Source of the DNA: Convolutriloba macropyga
Taxonomy: Eukaryota
DNA length: 64,000 bases
NCBI RefSeq assembly: GCF_964194025.1
Contig: NC_134470.1
Location: 30,008,001 to 30,072,000, forward strand
Reading direction: 5' to 3'
The position numbers were made by a program, and so were the translations under genes. Shown here piece after piece: positions 52,501 through 62,564 of this stretch. Position 1 is the first letter of the stretch. Every line of letters starts with the position of its first letter. Below the pieces are notes generated by a model that saw nothing but the letters and a program-made list of their open reading frames with translations, searched no databases and had not been told where the DNA came from.

Positions 52501-55500
52501 TAGTACAGCTTCTTGTCAAGCTATTTCAAGCTTATCTTATGCTTAATTTACATCAGGTTGTTCTCTCTCCACCTTCTAACATGTGCTGTGGACAATTGCA
52601 TGAATTGGAAAATTGAATTTTTTGCTTTAATTTGCTTTTGAGAGATCAAAATTTTTTTCTTATATAGAATCTGCAAATGAAGAATTAAAACAAATCGGAT
52701 TTCAAAAAATGTGACTTATCTTGTATTCTAATTAATAGAATCGTTAATTCCATTTGGAACAAAAAGTCATTAAAATTTTCACTAAAAAGGCATGGTATTC
52801 GGTTTTCAATTATATTCATTGCCTATTCTGAAAATCTGGGGAAAACGAGCAAGTTAAAAAATGAAATTGACATTTCTCTTTCGACTAATTTTTCCTCTTC
52901 AAGGCAATAGGAATTAAGTGTTACTTTTGAAATCTCGTCTTATTTAACAATTTATAATAGCTCTCGGCTGCTAATGATAACATGTCCTCCAAAGTTTATG
53001 TTGGATTTTTCTGTGCAACACACAGTATTATGCGACCCCTCTTGTTATTATAGGGTGATATAACTTGTTATTAAACAATGGGCAACTATAGCCAAGAGCC
53101 GCTATCAACAAAGTAGATTTAGGATTTAGGGGACGTGAACATATTGCCTACATTACCTAGACAATAGGTTGCAATTCGTAACCAATTGCCGACTTGGTGG
53201 TAAATGAAAAGCCACCACTGTACTATCAACAGCAGTTACAACACGTATTTTTTATAATCTAAGGTATGTAAATTGAGATATCTGCGGGGTTATAGTTAGA
53301 TGTTGATAAATTAGAAACCAGATTCAGTTTTAGCGCTAAGAGAAGTCGAACCAATTATCTCTACAGCCTTGGTGCTATCCTTTATAACACAGCACTAGTA
53401 TTTTTTTCCGTTCGGATGTGCTTTTATAACATCTGTTGTTTGCGACAGCAGTTGCAAAATTAAAACTATTTCCCAGAAAATTAATTTTGATATGAATGTT
53501 AACCTCATTTGGCACGTATGACACCAGAGTGGTCATTGAAGCGACAGCTGAGTTGAACTTGACCCCTTTGTCACACGAGGTCATCATGAGAGAATAGTCC
53601 TCATTGCACACCATCAGGTGACCGTCAAACCCAATCAGTCCAGGCTCTTCCCACTTGGCCTCCTCTCTCTGCATGTTTTTGTTTATGATCAGGGGTTTGA
53701 GAAGAGAGTCCATGGGTTCTGTCACTCCTGTGATTACTAAGGTTGCCTGAACACAAAAACGAACAAATCTTAAATACATGCTCCAAGTCATACTTCAACA
53801 GATATTTCACAATTATTTTTAAAATGCCTTTAGTTTGAGTGTTGCATTAGAAAACTGCTAAATAGAAAATCTAAATAAGTGAGAATTCAGCATGGTAAGT
53901 AAGTTCGAGGAGACTGAAATTTGTTGAAACATAATTTGTTTCGGTCCCTGCAAAAAAAAATTTGTTCGTCTGTTGCGTTCGGCTGTCATATTTCTCTGTT
54001 GCGTTTAATGCTATTGAGCATACTCTAACACTTTTAGACTGCAGTTGTTGCTGAACAACAAATTCTACAGGAATACGCTTGATTCAAAAGTAAATTTAAA
54101 CTTAATTTATCATACAGTTGATATAATTAAATCAAAGTGTACCTAAAGCCGTTTCGTTCTAGAGGGTCAAGGAAATAGACCCCCTCCTCCTCCCCTCCCT
54201 CCCCCCCCCCCCCACGGATAACACCCGTCTCTTTATAATAGGAAATACAACCCCATGGAAAAAACCAAGGAAATATACCCCCACAAAATAAACCCATGTT
54301 GACAAGGAAAGAAGGACCATTTGATTTAAATGAAAACCACACAGCAGAAAATTAAACACACATGCCTATAACACTTAACGTGATGCAAAATCAAATTTTC
54401 ATGTTCAGTATTACGTATTAAAGCTTTAGCATTACAAATCATGCATTTTACTAACAGCAATTCGATAAGATTCAGTCAGTTTTGTTTCGAATGATCGCAT
54501 TTTCTGGCCCCTATAAAAGACCACCTTGGTAGAAAGAAAAGCTGAGGGTAAACGAAGTGGGACTCAAAGAACATACAACAAACTGAAAAATCACTCAGAA
54601 TAGTACAGTCCAAGCCACATTTTTGTTCCCTCATAATTGTTTTTCTAATGGGAAGTCAACAAAAGACAGTGTTCAAAGGGTTGACAACCCATCCTCCGTG
54701 CTATGGTACCTAACAACAGTCACAGTGTTGCCTACTGTTCTACGTTGGGGAAGGGAACAACCGACGCTCAGGTAATAGGAAGTTTTTGTGTTGGTAAAAA
54801 TGAACAAATCAAACTTTTGAGCATACTTGGCTTGCTTTCAATCAACCTTTTGAATGCGTCGTATAAGACACGTGTTGCACCAAATGCGCCAATAAACAAT
54901 CAACAACAATCATTTTGTCATATTAATCCAATTACATTGAAGTGATTGCAAAAAATTCTCACAAAAACCAATTGCTTAATTTAGCAAACTTGAAATTAAC
55001 AATGGAAATTCCAACTAAAAAGAAACCTCGTAATTTGACGAATTATGTAACGCTAAAACCAGCAAAAAGGAACAAGAAGGCTTATATATCAACAGATCAC
55101 CTACACCAAAAAGAGCACTCAAAACTTCTACTATTTGGGTTGCGAATTAGGAAGAAACAATGCGCAAAAAAGGAACCATATTTGGACAGTTAATGACAAA
55201 GTTAGTCGGAAATCAGCCTACCAACATGCACACGCACCAGACTCTACGTTGATTGAGGTTTACGAACCTAACAACCGAGTTAAAGAGGACGTAACAGTCC
55301 AAGAATGAGTATCAGATCGACGCATTTTGTCGAACAAGGTTCTAACAGCCAGCGGAGAATGTGCAATTAAAGCCACTAAAATTTCTCAGATCAAAAGACG
55401 TATCAGCCATAATAAACAAGAGCAGAAAGGATCTGGGCCAATTCCAAAGACCAACGAATATGACATCCCTGAGACACATTAAACAACGAAGAAAAGCGAC

Positions 55501-58500
55501 GATTTTCTCTTGAACGACGGACGTGTTCAGCAGTCGAGAAAAAAAATTCTGGTCTTTGAAACCGAGTACAATTTGCAATTGCGCAGTGACAAAAAAACGG
55601 TTTTTGATAGAGCTTTCAAAAGCTGTCCTGACAACTATCAGATCTTAACTGTGCATTGCCCTGACAAAGGATCAAAAGTGCCGTGCATATTGCCTGCCTG
55701 TTCAACTCCCGAACATACTGAGTCTTGATTCAAACTGCTCCAGATATCATTGCAAGATTTTAAGCTCTGGATTTTGTTGACTAGTTTGCGGAAAAATATC
55801 TCGGCCGACTCGACAAGAATAAGAGTAGGCGAAAAACACTTTTTCATCTCGTAATGTGGAATTTGTATAATCGCACGATTGATCACCTACCGAAAAGTTA
55901 CAATGCGATAGACGGTTTGTATAGCTGTCTTGAATCGATGCGTCAAATTAACAAGCGCGACAGCTGGAAATTCTTGAAGGTGATACACAGACAACATGCG
56001 CTTCAATAATTTCCTATGGAGCTACAAGAAAACGGGAAGCTCATGTTTAACGGAAATTAGAATCACGGCAGAATAAAAAATTGTTTGTGCCACACATGAA
56101 AATCAGCCATTAGAACACTTAAGAGTAATTGCTTCAAATATGTCATTTTGAAAATTTTTTCAATCTTTTGCTATTAATCTGTGTTGTCGAATAATTCAAT
56201 TAACTCAATTTGATTGATGCTACATTTTTTTGACAGTCAAGTGGGGGTTTATTTCCGGGAGTTCCTTGGGTGGTTTCTTTCCGTGGGGGCTTTTTCCTAT
56301 CTAATTTTTTCAAACTTTTCATCATAATTTATTTTACCTTGCCATTCTAGATTATTGAATTCTGTTTTATTTTCAAATAACTTGTATTTGGCAATGTCTC
56401 ATGTATACTTATGTATCATAAAAAGCCATACGAAGCGTGAGATGGTCGGACATACGACAAATTTTGATAATTTCAACCTTCAATTTTTCTTGAACAAATA
56501 AACCCATTTTCAAAAGCCTTTCAATGATAATTCCATTTTTAAGAGCTTTTCAATGGTACAACATTTGCATATCTCCGTAACAGATATCGACCGGCCAAAA
56601 TTTCCTTCGCAAAAAGGCTAGCACAAAGCTCCTTGTCCGCAAACAAAATTGGAGAGCTGGAACAGTCAGAATTTTCATATATATTTAAAGCAGCGTTGCT
56701 TGCTGAGGTCCTATCATACATTTAAAGCAGCATGGATGCAGAGTTGCTTGCATATAAAAGTGAACAATTTAAAAAACCTCTAAACTAGAATGATTAAGAG
56801 ATATCACTTAAAAATTACAATCCCACCAACCGGCTCACAACTCCCTTCGTTTTCTTCATCAGCCTCAGTCTTGACATTCTGATCATTATCCTCCATATTT
56901 TTTCCAGACCCTTCTGGATTCCTCACACCATTTTCATCACCTGCATTTTCACTAGCAGGCATCTCTTTGCCTTGACCATCAACTTCATCTTCGTCGTCCT
57001 CGTCACATTCTTCGTCTTCTCTGCCCTCTTTCAGAGCCTCCAGGATTATTGCCTTACTGTTGGGGTCTTTGCTGTAAAACGACAAAAATTATGATGCCTT
57101 GTAGCATTCTGGAGATTACTGCATCTGGTTTTACACAAAACGCCCGTTCAATCAAAGATCGACCATAAAATGTACGTTGTTGCAATCCACAGATTACTGG
57201 CAATGAGTATACTATATATTCAATTAGTTTTTAAATAAATTTAGGCCAATTAAAATTTTTGTCATGAATGGTTGTACGTGGTATAATTAGAAAGCCCACT
57301 GAGAGTAGATCAAATTAATTAGAGAAAGTATCGAAATTCCCCTTTTCCCAGATTTATCAGAGTTTTGAGCTTTGGCACTAACCATGGCCGAAATGAACAA
57401 TTTTTGCCGCTGATACACACCATTTGGCAACCAAGCTGCCCTTCTCTATTTAATTTTTGTGTACAACAATTTTGAGAGGTTAATTTTCCGCCCCTTTTGG
57501 GAGAGAATCGGTGAAAATTCCAGAAATGTCAGCTATTAGCGTTAAGATTCTCATGCGATTTTTACGACCGTTTCGGGTGGCAATGCACAAATTTAAATGA
57601 TTTTAGAAAAATTTCAGCTCAACAAACGTAGTTTAATATACTAAGAAGAGTGAGTTGTCTACGGCATAGCCTTTGGTTGAAACGCTTAAGGGCTAAAAAC
57701 AACAGGAATTGCTCAGCTACCAGAATCTTTGGGACATCTTAGATGGAAGCCTTCACAACTTTTCTAGAAAAATTTTAAAACTGAGCTTTTTGCAACTTTC
57801 ATTCATAAACAGTGATAAACAATTGTCGACCAATTGGCTTACCAGTTGTTTCAGCTGAGCTGATTAAGCAAGCGCATCCCAGGATGAATATATAAGTATA
57901 GCTACAGTAGCAAGACAAGAAAAACTCAGCGCTTATATATCAATTCATTTGCTCATAAAATTAAATACCGTCAGTACATTAAACTCTTATTAGCAAGTGA
58001 AAACGTGTGAAAATGAAACTCAAGCGCAACACTACGCCTATATCGCTTCATCTATATTGCCAATCATTCACAAATTGCAGAAAAAATTTTATTATTAGTT
58101 CGCAATCATTTCTGTTGTTAGCATATAGTATTCTATGAAAAAATTGTACTCAATTAACAATTTTTACGTGAAATTAAAGTTACACCACAAAAACGAAAAA
58201 AAGATTTTGTTTCCAATCAGACGACAAGCCTATCTGAAACAAGAAATAAAAAAAACAAGTAAATGGAGCGACTTAGATTATAAATAGAACTATCAAGTAA
58301 CCCAAGAAAAAACCAAATACGTGATAAAAAGGCAAAAAAACATTAGGTATGAAAGAGCAATCTTTGAAAAGAGATTAAACAGTTCAAAAGCTTTCCTTGC
58401 AAAAAATAAAACCAAGACATATTTGAGAACGCGGAAGTGCAAACGATAATACAAAGCTTTCTTTGTCAGAAGTTGGCGAGCAGCCGTTACAAATGGTCTG

Positions 58501-61500
58501 ACGAAACGGACAGTGGAAGACAATCAACTGCACAATCTAATGAAGAGAGCAACAAAAAATCTGAAAAATTAGCATTCAATACAGACTCAATTGAAAAACA
58601 GAAATCACTGTTGAATAAATTAAAATAGATGCAACTTATAACAGAGATCAAACGATGAGACATTACTCAGTAATGAAGTCAGAGCAACTGCTCGTAAATC
58701 TGCAATAAAGCTACCAGAATGAAAATCGGCCCAAGAAACTCAAATCGTTCTGTCAACAGTCGGGTGATTCAAAGCTTCATCGAACAACTCGTTGACAAAT
58801 CAGGCATTGTTAACACAATTTGCAGTTCTTTAGCCGCAATTAGTTCGTGCAAAAAATTATAAGAGAACCAGACGCAAATTGTTTACCTTATATCCACGGA
58901 TATATGAAGAGGTCCGATCATATAAATTAATCAACAGTTCACAAAAATGAAGCAGAAAGAAGCTCAGACTTTTGGAAAAAATTTCCGTATAGTAGTTGAG
59001 AAGCGCAATGAAACCAAGGAAAGCGAATCTAGAACTTTTCAAAAAAAAACATAGAAACGTGCCAGGCTTTTGAATTGGAGTGTACAAACCTAGGTAGAAA
59101 AGGGAGTTAAAATGGAAAAGATGCCAGCTTGAGCGGCAGCTGCAACGAGCCGAAAGGAAAGAAATGTACTCAACCGGGAGTTCCAAAAGGCAACTGAAGT
59201 GAACCGTTTAGACTCAGACGATGATGGTGCTAATGGAAGTGTACTCAGCCGATCGCGCTTCATTTCTGAAGAGATAAGGCATAGTGTGTTCACCTGGCCT
59301 GAAAACTTAGACAACTCCAGAATAGAACCATGGTTTGCAGCTTGTTTCTATTGATAGCCATGGGCTGCGCAAGTCAAGATTACTATGTATAAAGAGTTAC
59401 GGTTTAACCCATAATCACTCATGTCTTACGTACGATATATCCAGTAGTAGCGGACAACTAGATTAAAAAAAGCTGTTTCGATGAAAACGCTCTCGCATGC
59501 TCATAGTGCTCGAGTATATTCATTGCTGCTCATAGGCTTAATATCACAACTCCCAAAAAAAACCATCTAGAGACATTGCTGAGTGGCACAGTCCAGTCAA
59601 CAAAACCTCGTAAGTGTTATTCAGGAGCTTTCAGCATGCAACTCTGAGCATCGTTGAAGTTTGGGAACACATGTTATTATCGACGCAAATTTTCAAACAT
59701 TGCCAAAACTTCAGCCGGGGAAGATTCACGGTTCCGATGCATTAAACAAATACTAAAAAACAAGCAGCAACTTCGTGATCATCTTGAAGCAAAACGAAAA
59801 TGACTGCCGATTGAAAAGCAAGAGCAACACTTTATCTGAGGAAGTTTAAGCTTTCTCTGAAACTCAAAGAGAACTGGTTATTAAATGTAATGTACATGAC
59901 TGCCAAGAAGGCATTTCAACGTTCAACGACGAACCATAAAAAGACAGCCGTTTCAGCCCGAAAAGAAAAAAAATAGTTCACAGACACCGCGATTTTCAGT
60001 GCGAGTTCGAACGACAAAGCAACAAACAATTGCACATAAATCACTTGCTAGATGAAGGCACTAACACAATTTTGATTGTCTACTTTTCAGAAAATAAAAA
60101 AGACTTATAGATCACCCAGCAGTGAGGAAGGAAAACTTATGTCACGGATATCAGTGAGGATATGGAATAGAAGACTCTAAAGTCAACGATTTTGGTTTAA
60201 ATGGATGTAACAAGATCACAAAAGAACGCTACACTCAGAACCACAAGCAAATACGGGACATCACAGTGACAACACGATCTCAGCCGCAGTCAGTGGAATG
60301 AGAACGTTCCAGAAGCAAAAACACAAATCAACGTACTTTGCATATAACTAACAAATGATCTAAAGAAAGAAAGGTTTTTAAGCAAAATGAAGGGATTGCC
60401 TTCAAAAATTCATTCAATACAAGCATTTGCAAATCCGTTAATCTCGCAACACGCATACTAAAACTACAGCAAACTGAAACAGAAATTCTTTCACTTCAGT
60501 GTTCGTCCAAACAAGACGTTGAACTTGACGTAAACCGGCACTATTCTGGAAGACCGCTGAACTACAGGATAGGAGCATGAGGTCAGTGGGATAGTCAGTG
60601 GACCCATCACGGGCAAGAGAACACAAAAAGATTTGTCCTTTAGCCTTCATAACTGATGCAAAAACTTCTTAGAATACACAAACGTGGTAGCGCAGACAAA
60701 CATGTGCTTCCAAAATGAAACGTTGTTAGTCAAACAAAGAAGGAAGCTCAGGCACAAAAGATGCTGAAGAGTACAGTGAAGTTTACAGGCAATCGTCACA
60801 AAGTGGGAAAAGTGAGTACCCCAGGAGCCCCACCTACCATATAGCTACAGCTCAGATTTGGGCAAACTTCTTGCACAGAAGACCTCTAAGGTTACCAAGA
60901 TTGAAAAACTTTTATCAACAATCAACAGACACATGTTGAAAAGAGATTCGAAATGACGCCGAAACCCAACAAACTTGGGAGTGTACAAAGTTCGTGCAAC
61001 AATACTTCAAAATTACTAAAAAAGCATGCCTAAGTAATTATTAACGAAAAGCTACCAGCCCGAACTGATTGAAAACACGATTCAAATGGAAAAAATTAGA
61101 TTCTGAGAAAGATCAACAGCCCTGACAGATAATATCAAACCGCTGTTGTTGTTGCAAGTGCAAGCTCCCGAGTAGGATAGAAAAGAATTTTTGTTGAGGT
61201 TTCTATGGCCTCCAAGAACTAACGACCCTGCTCAAAATTAAGAATATCAGCGTCTTGTCTTGGGAGCGAAAAGCTCGTCAAGTTGTGCAAATTTATTATC
61301 AGGCAGGCAGAAATTGATAATAAAGATGAGATTTTTATTGAAGCAAAGCTGACATATGGCCGTTATAATGTGAGAAAAAGGGCGGCGAGGAAGTGACATG
61401 AGCCGTAACAATTTGCACAAATTTATGACAATATTTTTTTCGGAATTGCGTTTTGGTAACCAGGGATGTTCAAAATGCCTAATTTCGGGGGAGCCCAAGC

Positions 61501-61933
61501 AATTCCTAAAGCAAAAAACAAAACAAAACAGTCACAACTACTGGAAGTATATTAATTGAAGTGATTGAAGAAACCAAAGTAAATTCCCAGCGCAAAAAAT
61601 TGATGCTACAATAACTTTTAAAAGATTGCGAGTGAAAACTTGAACATTGTCTGATGTGCAGAACCCTTTCTGCTATAAATTTGCTCATGATCGGCAATGT
61701 TGGCAACATGAAGGTGTCACTTTTGAAAACCGAGCCCAAGAAATCTAATTTACTATGATTAGCGTCATTTTTTTCTTCTGTTTATCACCTGTTTAGTGAG
61801 ATGAGTTTAATGTTGTTGAAACTGTTCCTGATCCACTCCTCTGCCTCCCCGTCTGGGTCTATGATGAGAGGGGGTCGCACGTGCCCAAAAGCCATTACTA
61901 TTCCCGCATTCTCTATTTGACTCAGTGTGTAAC
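3525..61933 (-). CDS. Divergent dynein heavy chain (DNHD1-like/orphan axonemal type), 3' portion only; 26 exons, 5' end lies beyond the window
   Basis: Exons in gene order: 61789-61933, 56831-57071, 53504-53746, 49346-49561, 48611-48783, 45339-45426, 45071-45125, 39610-39773, 39235-39335, 38451-38673, 18160-18357, 17617-17850, 16876-17071, 16018-16511, 15541-15688, 14969-15080, 14411-14708, 13637-13838, 8573-8763, 7868-8140, 7347-7575, 7175-7237, 6843-6864, 6468-6544, 5509-5820, 3525-4045. All junctions are GT-AG with matching phases. Dynein motifs: ENAGIV..RPPLIIDPDGEAEEWIRN (AAA5), PIAERAASLFYLIQNLEILSPNYQFPL, EHRLMFS, HRLIVIRLLRPDR, EIWLGGLVNPE, HSLYLEGSEW, YSCPIYTN (C-terminal domain). 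Exons after 7347 are less certain. Confidence 0.9.
9179..10097 (+). pseudogene. LINE ORF1 (coiled coil + RRM-like), disrupted
   Basis: ENYNRRDNIRLHGVEE, DISTAHR and IDSVWTRE motifs split over three ORFs (9179, 9541, 9774). Confidence 0.75.
10102..12939 (+). pseudogene. LINE ORF2: apurinic endonuclease + reverse transcriptase, disrupted
   Basis: APE motifs SLNVSSL, GGGV, ICGDFNID, PTRVT..SCIDH. RT motifs NYRTISLL, QFRFRKKHST, FDTLDH, LGPLLFLIYINDL, LFADDT, WLNANKLKLN. Confidence 0.9.
11899..12385 (+). repeat. 242-bp tandem duplication inside LINE RT
   Basis: GTTACAATAGCGGG starts at 11902 and 12144; the copies differ at about 3 positions. Confidence 0.95.
19053..19114. repeat. 31-bp perfect tandem duplication
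   Basis: GGGTGTGAAACCTGGCAGAGAGTGATAAACT x2. Confidence 0.9.
20266..20331 (+). repeat. Polinton left TIR
   Basis: AGTAGTCAAAATTGGGGTGGTCTACCGCACAGA...CTCGAACCT, preceded by TSD GATATA. Confidence 0.85.
21042..21081. repeat. (CT)n microsatellite
   Basis: Pure CT run of about 40 bp. Confidence 0.95.
21144..21729 (-). CDS. Polinton accessory gene, two exons (21408-21729, 21144-21265), possibly tandem PC4-like ssDNA-binding domains
   Basis: TATAAAAA about 90 nt upstream; phase-1 GT-AG intron 21266-21407 restores an open frame. PC4-like assignment is by pattern only. Confidence 0.45.
22468..22509. repeat. (AT)n microsatellite
   Basis: Pure AT run of about 40 bp. Confidence 0.95.
23391..23655 (+). 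promoter_or_regulatory. Array of six consecutive stem-loops directly upstream of the pPolB start codon
   Basis: Inverted repeats at 23391-23428, 23431-23510, 23524-23574, 23575-23601, 23605-23630 and 23633-23655; ATG at 23660. The structure is clear, the function is unknown. Confidence 0.7.
23660..27943 (+). pseudogene. Protein-primed family B DNA polymerase (C2H2 ZnF + TP/vOTU-like region + exonuclease with Endo VII/HNH insert + polymerase), two frameshifts, probable terminal intron
   Basis: Three C2H2 fingers (23660-24064); DNLCF...HYCLIKN; ExoI YADLE; HHCHLTG..AHSSCNL; ExoII FHNLSRYDAH; KGIFPY; KLMSNACFGK; YKDTDS. Frameshifts near 24055 and 25140. Motif A Asp is replaced by Asn (FNVTLLYG). 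Confidence 0.93.
27972..28544 (-). pseudogene. Adenain-like cysteine (maturation) protease
   Basis: FGGVWSADNFP, FQIVSTSP...G and QSLSSNLCGLYCLY (catalytic Cys motif). The expected HW is missing. Sits directly after MCP. Confidence 0.8.
28537..29845 (-). pseudogene. Major capsid protein (double jelly-roll, hexon-like), disrupted
   Basis: ALDFFEKP, GPTLDFLISG, NNALHSLFSQVEV, HRAFLET, ASMFVRKI, ARYP, NPF, FDLT and IDTKRNI motifs across several frames. Confidence 0.88.
29846..30404 (-). pseudogene. Basic core/DNA-condensing protein (pVII/pX-like) of Polintons, frameshifted
   Basis: QFGSGAAGLGALAVRIGRCTLPLL..KKMGRNLI followed by an Arg/Lys-rich tail ending RSRSDILSNVRF; lies between mCP and MCP. 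Confidence 0.7.
30454..31451 (-). pseudogene. Minor capsid protein (penton-like), frameshifted
   Basis: N-terminal FTINLVSNAS..FTNLFPKPIDL..WQVALLEISWP; C-terminal IFVYCDLIQEQILGNKLTSLLR..ITIRDETGQLMPF..LTLKF. Confidence 0.88.
31455..32670 (-). pseudogene. Retroviral-like (rve) integrase with N-terminal 2A-like peptide and PHD finger, disrupted
   Basis: GIEQNPGP at 32572-32595; C4HC3 spacing CGNC..CTICGWVHNQC..FTCTKC; SAYGSINRL; DDE residues in WSIDLAD / WTDDGKEF / YAEQNIRSIK; C-terminal PKFAIGETVRI..GY..EIFRI..PPTY..GRFYKSEL. Confidence 0.88.
32643..33240 (-). CDS. Polinton hypothetical protein upstream of integrase
   Basis: 182-aa ORF with G.I...SNLFELL and a terminal WLS, resembling the ORF usually found at this position; start codon unclear. 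Confidence 0.55.
33292..33570 (-). CDS. Conserved small basic Polinton protein
   Basis: FIKFLVDCSYNIVQGNVSL..FKKFKTIL..KRKLL matches the CEC..N+L.GN+.L pattern of the small ORF following Polinton ATPases. Confidence 0.6.
   Translation of the reverse strand: MNSMNNSQHLTTFKLLINFKPVLKRFKLIDLDDNFIKFLVDCSYNIVQGNVSLANTYVTKQQFKKFKTILSLICDKKVKLPQKRKLLATAIY
33482..34219 (-). CDS. A32/FtsK-like genome packaging ATPase
   Basis: Walker A GPSGSGKT, Walker B LIIFDA (normally DD), arginine-finger motif GRHKN, PFGHLLIDL. Confidence 0.9.
   Translation of the reverse strand: MNKVIVTQPHLLMMVVGPSGSGKTHLVADIIIKQRELFYPQFDKIIYVYQHWQEIYTEIKIKLGTIIFIIEGLNWSKINSHLETDRQLIIFDAVYAEASQQEEFLNLVISGRHKNQHAIIFKHNLYQKSPNLKTINMNVTHMLLLKNPRDVVQVDVLGRQLGSRNLVQSAYKLATKEPFGHLLIDLDPRCSEHLRFCSHLTNDLSIFYIVGNSQKKIELDEQFTTSDYFQTAHQLQTCSEALQAY
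34216..34476 (-). CDS. Small two-TM membrane protein typical of Polinton/PLV genomes
   Basis: Two hydrophobic segments ending WSVLAFSLGCWIPTPK; stop overlaps the ATPase start. Confidence 0.65.
   Translation of the reverse strand: MTDSPDCHLAIASKIIFDQNDEERPPWKLCGSIERSLIFYSIHIFLLFAAITSGLNFLFVTKFSTERPEMWSVLAFSLGCWIPTPK
34473..34758 (-). CDS. Polinton hypothetical protein, possibly PC4-like
   Basis: ORF MTNYDP...; 4-bp ATGA overlap with the next gene; ILLRKQCW..TEIDLTLSEIELL pattern. Confidence 0.45.
34759..35166 (-). CDS. Polinton hypothetical protein
   Basis: 135-aa ORF tightly packed and co-oriented within the minus-strand gene block. Confidence 0.45.
   Translation of the reverse strand: MILIPDINKVLSNFEIASKHFPQNKTTKNAFLAVCMFIDPNSDLQVINKLAPHAGLIGPGNSRLHEYLKHLKILRTHAAFHDAYGFMNEEYGLGPGYVYMVSNFPSHFLLGHLTGVLFWIIFKLVFWSYFEGLPF
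35238..36074 (-). pseudogene. Polinton hypothetical protein (first gene of the minus-strand block)
   Basis: 176-aa ORF whose frame extends upstream through two stops to an ATG near 36074; TATATATA at 36121-36128. Confidence 0.45.
36461..36521 (-). repeat. Polinton right TIR
   Basis: Reverse complement reads AGTGAAATTTGGGGTGGTCTACCGCACAGA...CTCGAACCT; followed on the + strand by GATATA. Confidence 0.85.
39415..39580. repeat. Degenerate ~30-bp minisatellite
   Basis: Recurrent AATGATGAAAAATG units. Confidence 0.6.
40941..40999 (-). other. Degenerate tRNA-like sequence (pseudo-tRNA or SINE head)
   Basis: Minus strand shows A-box-like CAACCGAGTGG and B-box-like GGTTCAAAGC at tRNA spacing; stems are poor. 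Confidence 0.3.
42087..42527. mobile_element. MITE with GG-starting TIRs and 8-bp TSD (Merlin-like)
   Basis: TIR GGATCTTTTCTGCTAGCGCCCCCCC at both ends; TSD TTAAAATG at 42079-42086 and 42528-42535. Confidence 0.88.
43017..44484 (+). CDS. C4orf45/SPMIP2-like (DUF4562) small ciliary/sperm microtubule protein, 2 exons (43017-43198, 44373-44484), 97 aa, nested antisense in a dynein intron
   Basis: Phase-2 GT-AG intron joins RQVHSGPNGVRHQQVK..FVG..ESSSNLGYIFR to RHERVGEVGF, matching my recollection of the family motifs FTGPD..YVG..E.T.DL.YLWR and HEYV.EIGW. Confidence 0.7.
44679..44739. mobile_element. 61-bp mini-MITE, GGATCTTTTC family
   Basis: GGATCTTTTCCGT...ACGGAAAAGATCC; flanks ATTGACTC/TTCGACTC (6/8 match). 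Confidence 0.7.
44901..44972 (+). tRNA. tRNA-His-GTG: tRNA-His (GTG)
   Basis: Acceptor stem GTCCAGA/TCTGGAC, D arm with TAGTGGTTAG, anticodon arm TTGCG-TTGTGGC-CGCAA, T loop GGTTCGAATCC, discriminator A; T6 Pol III terminator at 44978. Confidence 0.97.
45594..45754. mobile_element. ~160-bp MITE, GGATCTTTTC family
   Basis: GGATCTTTACCGTTTG..CCCCCAGT / ACTGGGGGGACACAAACGGAAAAGATCT inverted termini. Confidence 0.7.
51258..51313. repeat. 11-bp tandem repeat (AATTTAGATAA) about x5
   Basis: Direct inspection. Confidence 0.85.
51713..52060. mobile_element. MITE with ~100-bp imperfect TIRs starting GG and 8-bp TSD
   Basis: Arms TTTTCAC.CC..CCCTATCATTTAACC.CGATTTA.TCACCCCT inverted at both ends; TSD CAAAATTC at 51705-51712 and 52061-52068. 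Confidence 0.8.
54238..56300 (+). mobile_element. Decayed Mutator-like (MULE) DNA transposon
   Basis: Degenerate inverted termini (ATAGGAAA..CCCCA.GGAAA.AAACCA..GGAAATA.ACCCCCAC). Transposase relic KILVFETEYNL..FDRAFKSCPDNYQILTVH..VPCI at 55510-55728 resembles MULE DGTFK.CP..YQL.TIH. Confidence 0.6.
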
Positions 61934-62556
61934 CTAAAAAGATCATGCAAATTAGCTTTCTGAAAAACGGTCAATTTTGATCAGAAACCGTGCCGTGGTG
62001 CTGGTTACTTCCTGAAATTGAGATCCACAAAGCTGGTATCAAAATTGGCTTTTCATTCAAATATATAACTTACAATATTACAGAAGTCAGACGGTTTTCT
62101 CTATTTATCTACTTGGTTCCGATTTACATAGACGGAATTTACTAGAATACTGAAACACAAAAAATGTTTAAACCCTCTTAAACTTCTATAAAAATATCTT
62201 GTGAGACTTTCAACAGACGCATGGAAGTCTGCACTTTGGAGCGAGAACACGGCTTTATGCAGTTTCAATCCAGGCAGAGGTCAAATTGATGGCTTTTAGT
62301 TCAAACTCAAGAGATCGGAATTAGCTGGTACCGTTTTCATCAGATTTTTCATCAGCCGGCTCTCTTATGTGCAGCAACAATTTATAAAGATGTGTTGCCT
62401 ATATTTTTATCTGTCTGATGGTATTACGAAAAATGGGAATTTTCACGTACATATGGCGGATTGATTGAAAAAAGGAATGAAAAATGACAAAAATTGATGC
62501 CATTAAATGAGTATTGAGCGAGTGAGCTCAATTTTCGTTCCGGTCGAGCTTCACGG

Positions 62557-62564
62557 TATAAATA
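62557..62564 (+). promoter_or_regulatory. TATA box of the histone H1 gene
   Basis: TATAAATA about 210 bp upstream of the H1 ATG. Confidence 0.55.

Noticed and set aside
57100-61700. Decayed LTR retrotransposon in the large intron
   Set aside because: Purine-skewed, coding-like texture, but no protease, RT or integrase motif and no LTR pair I can support.
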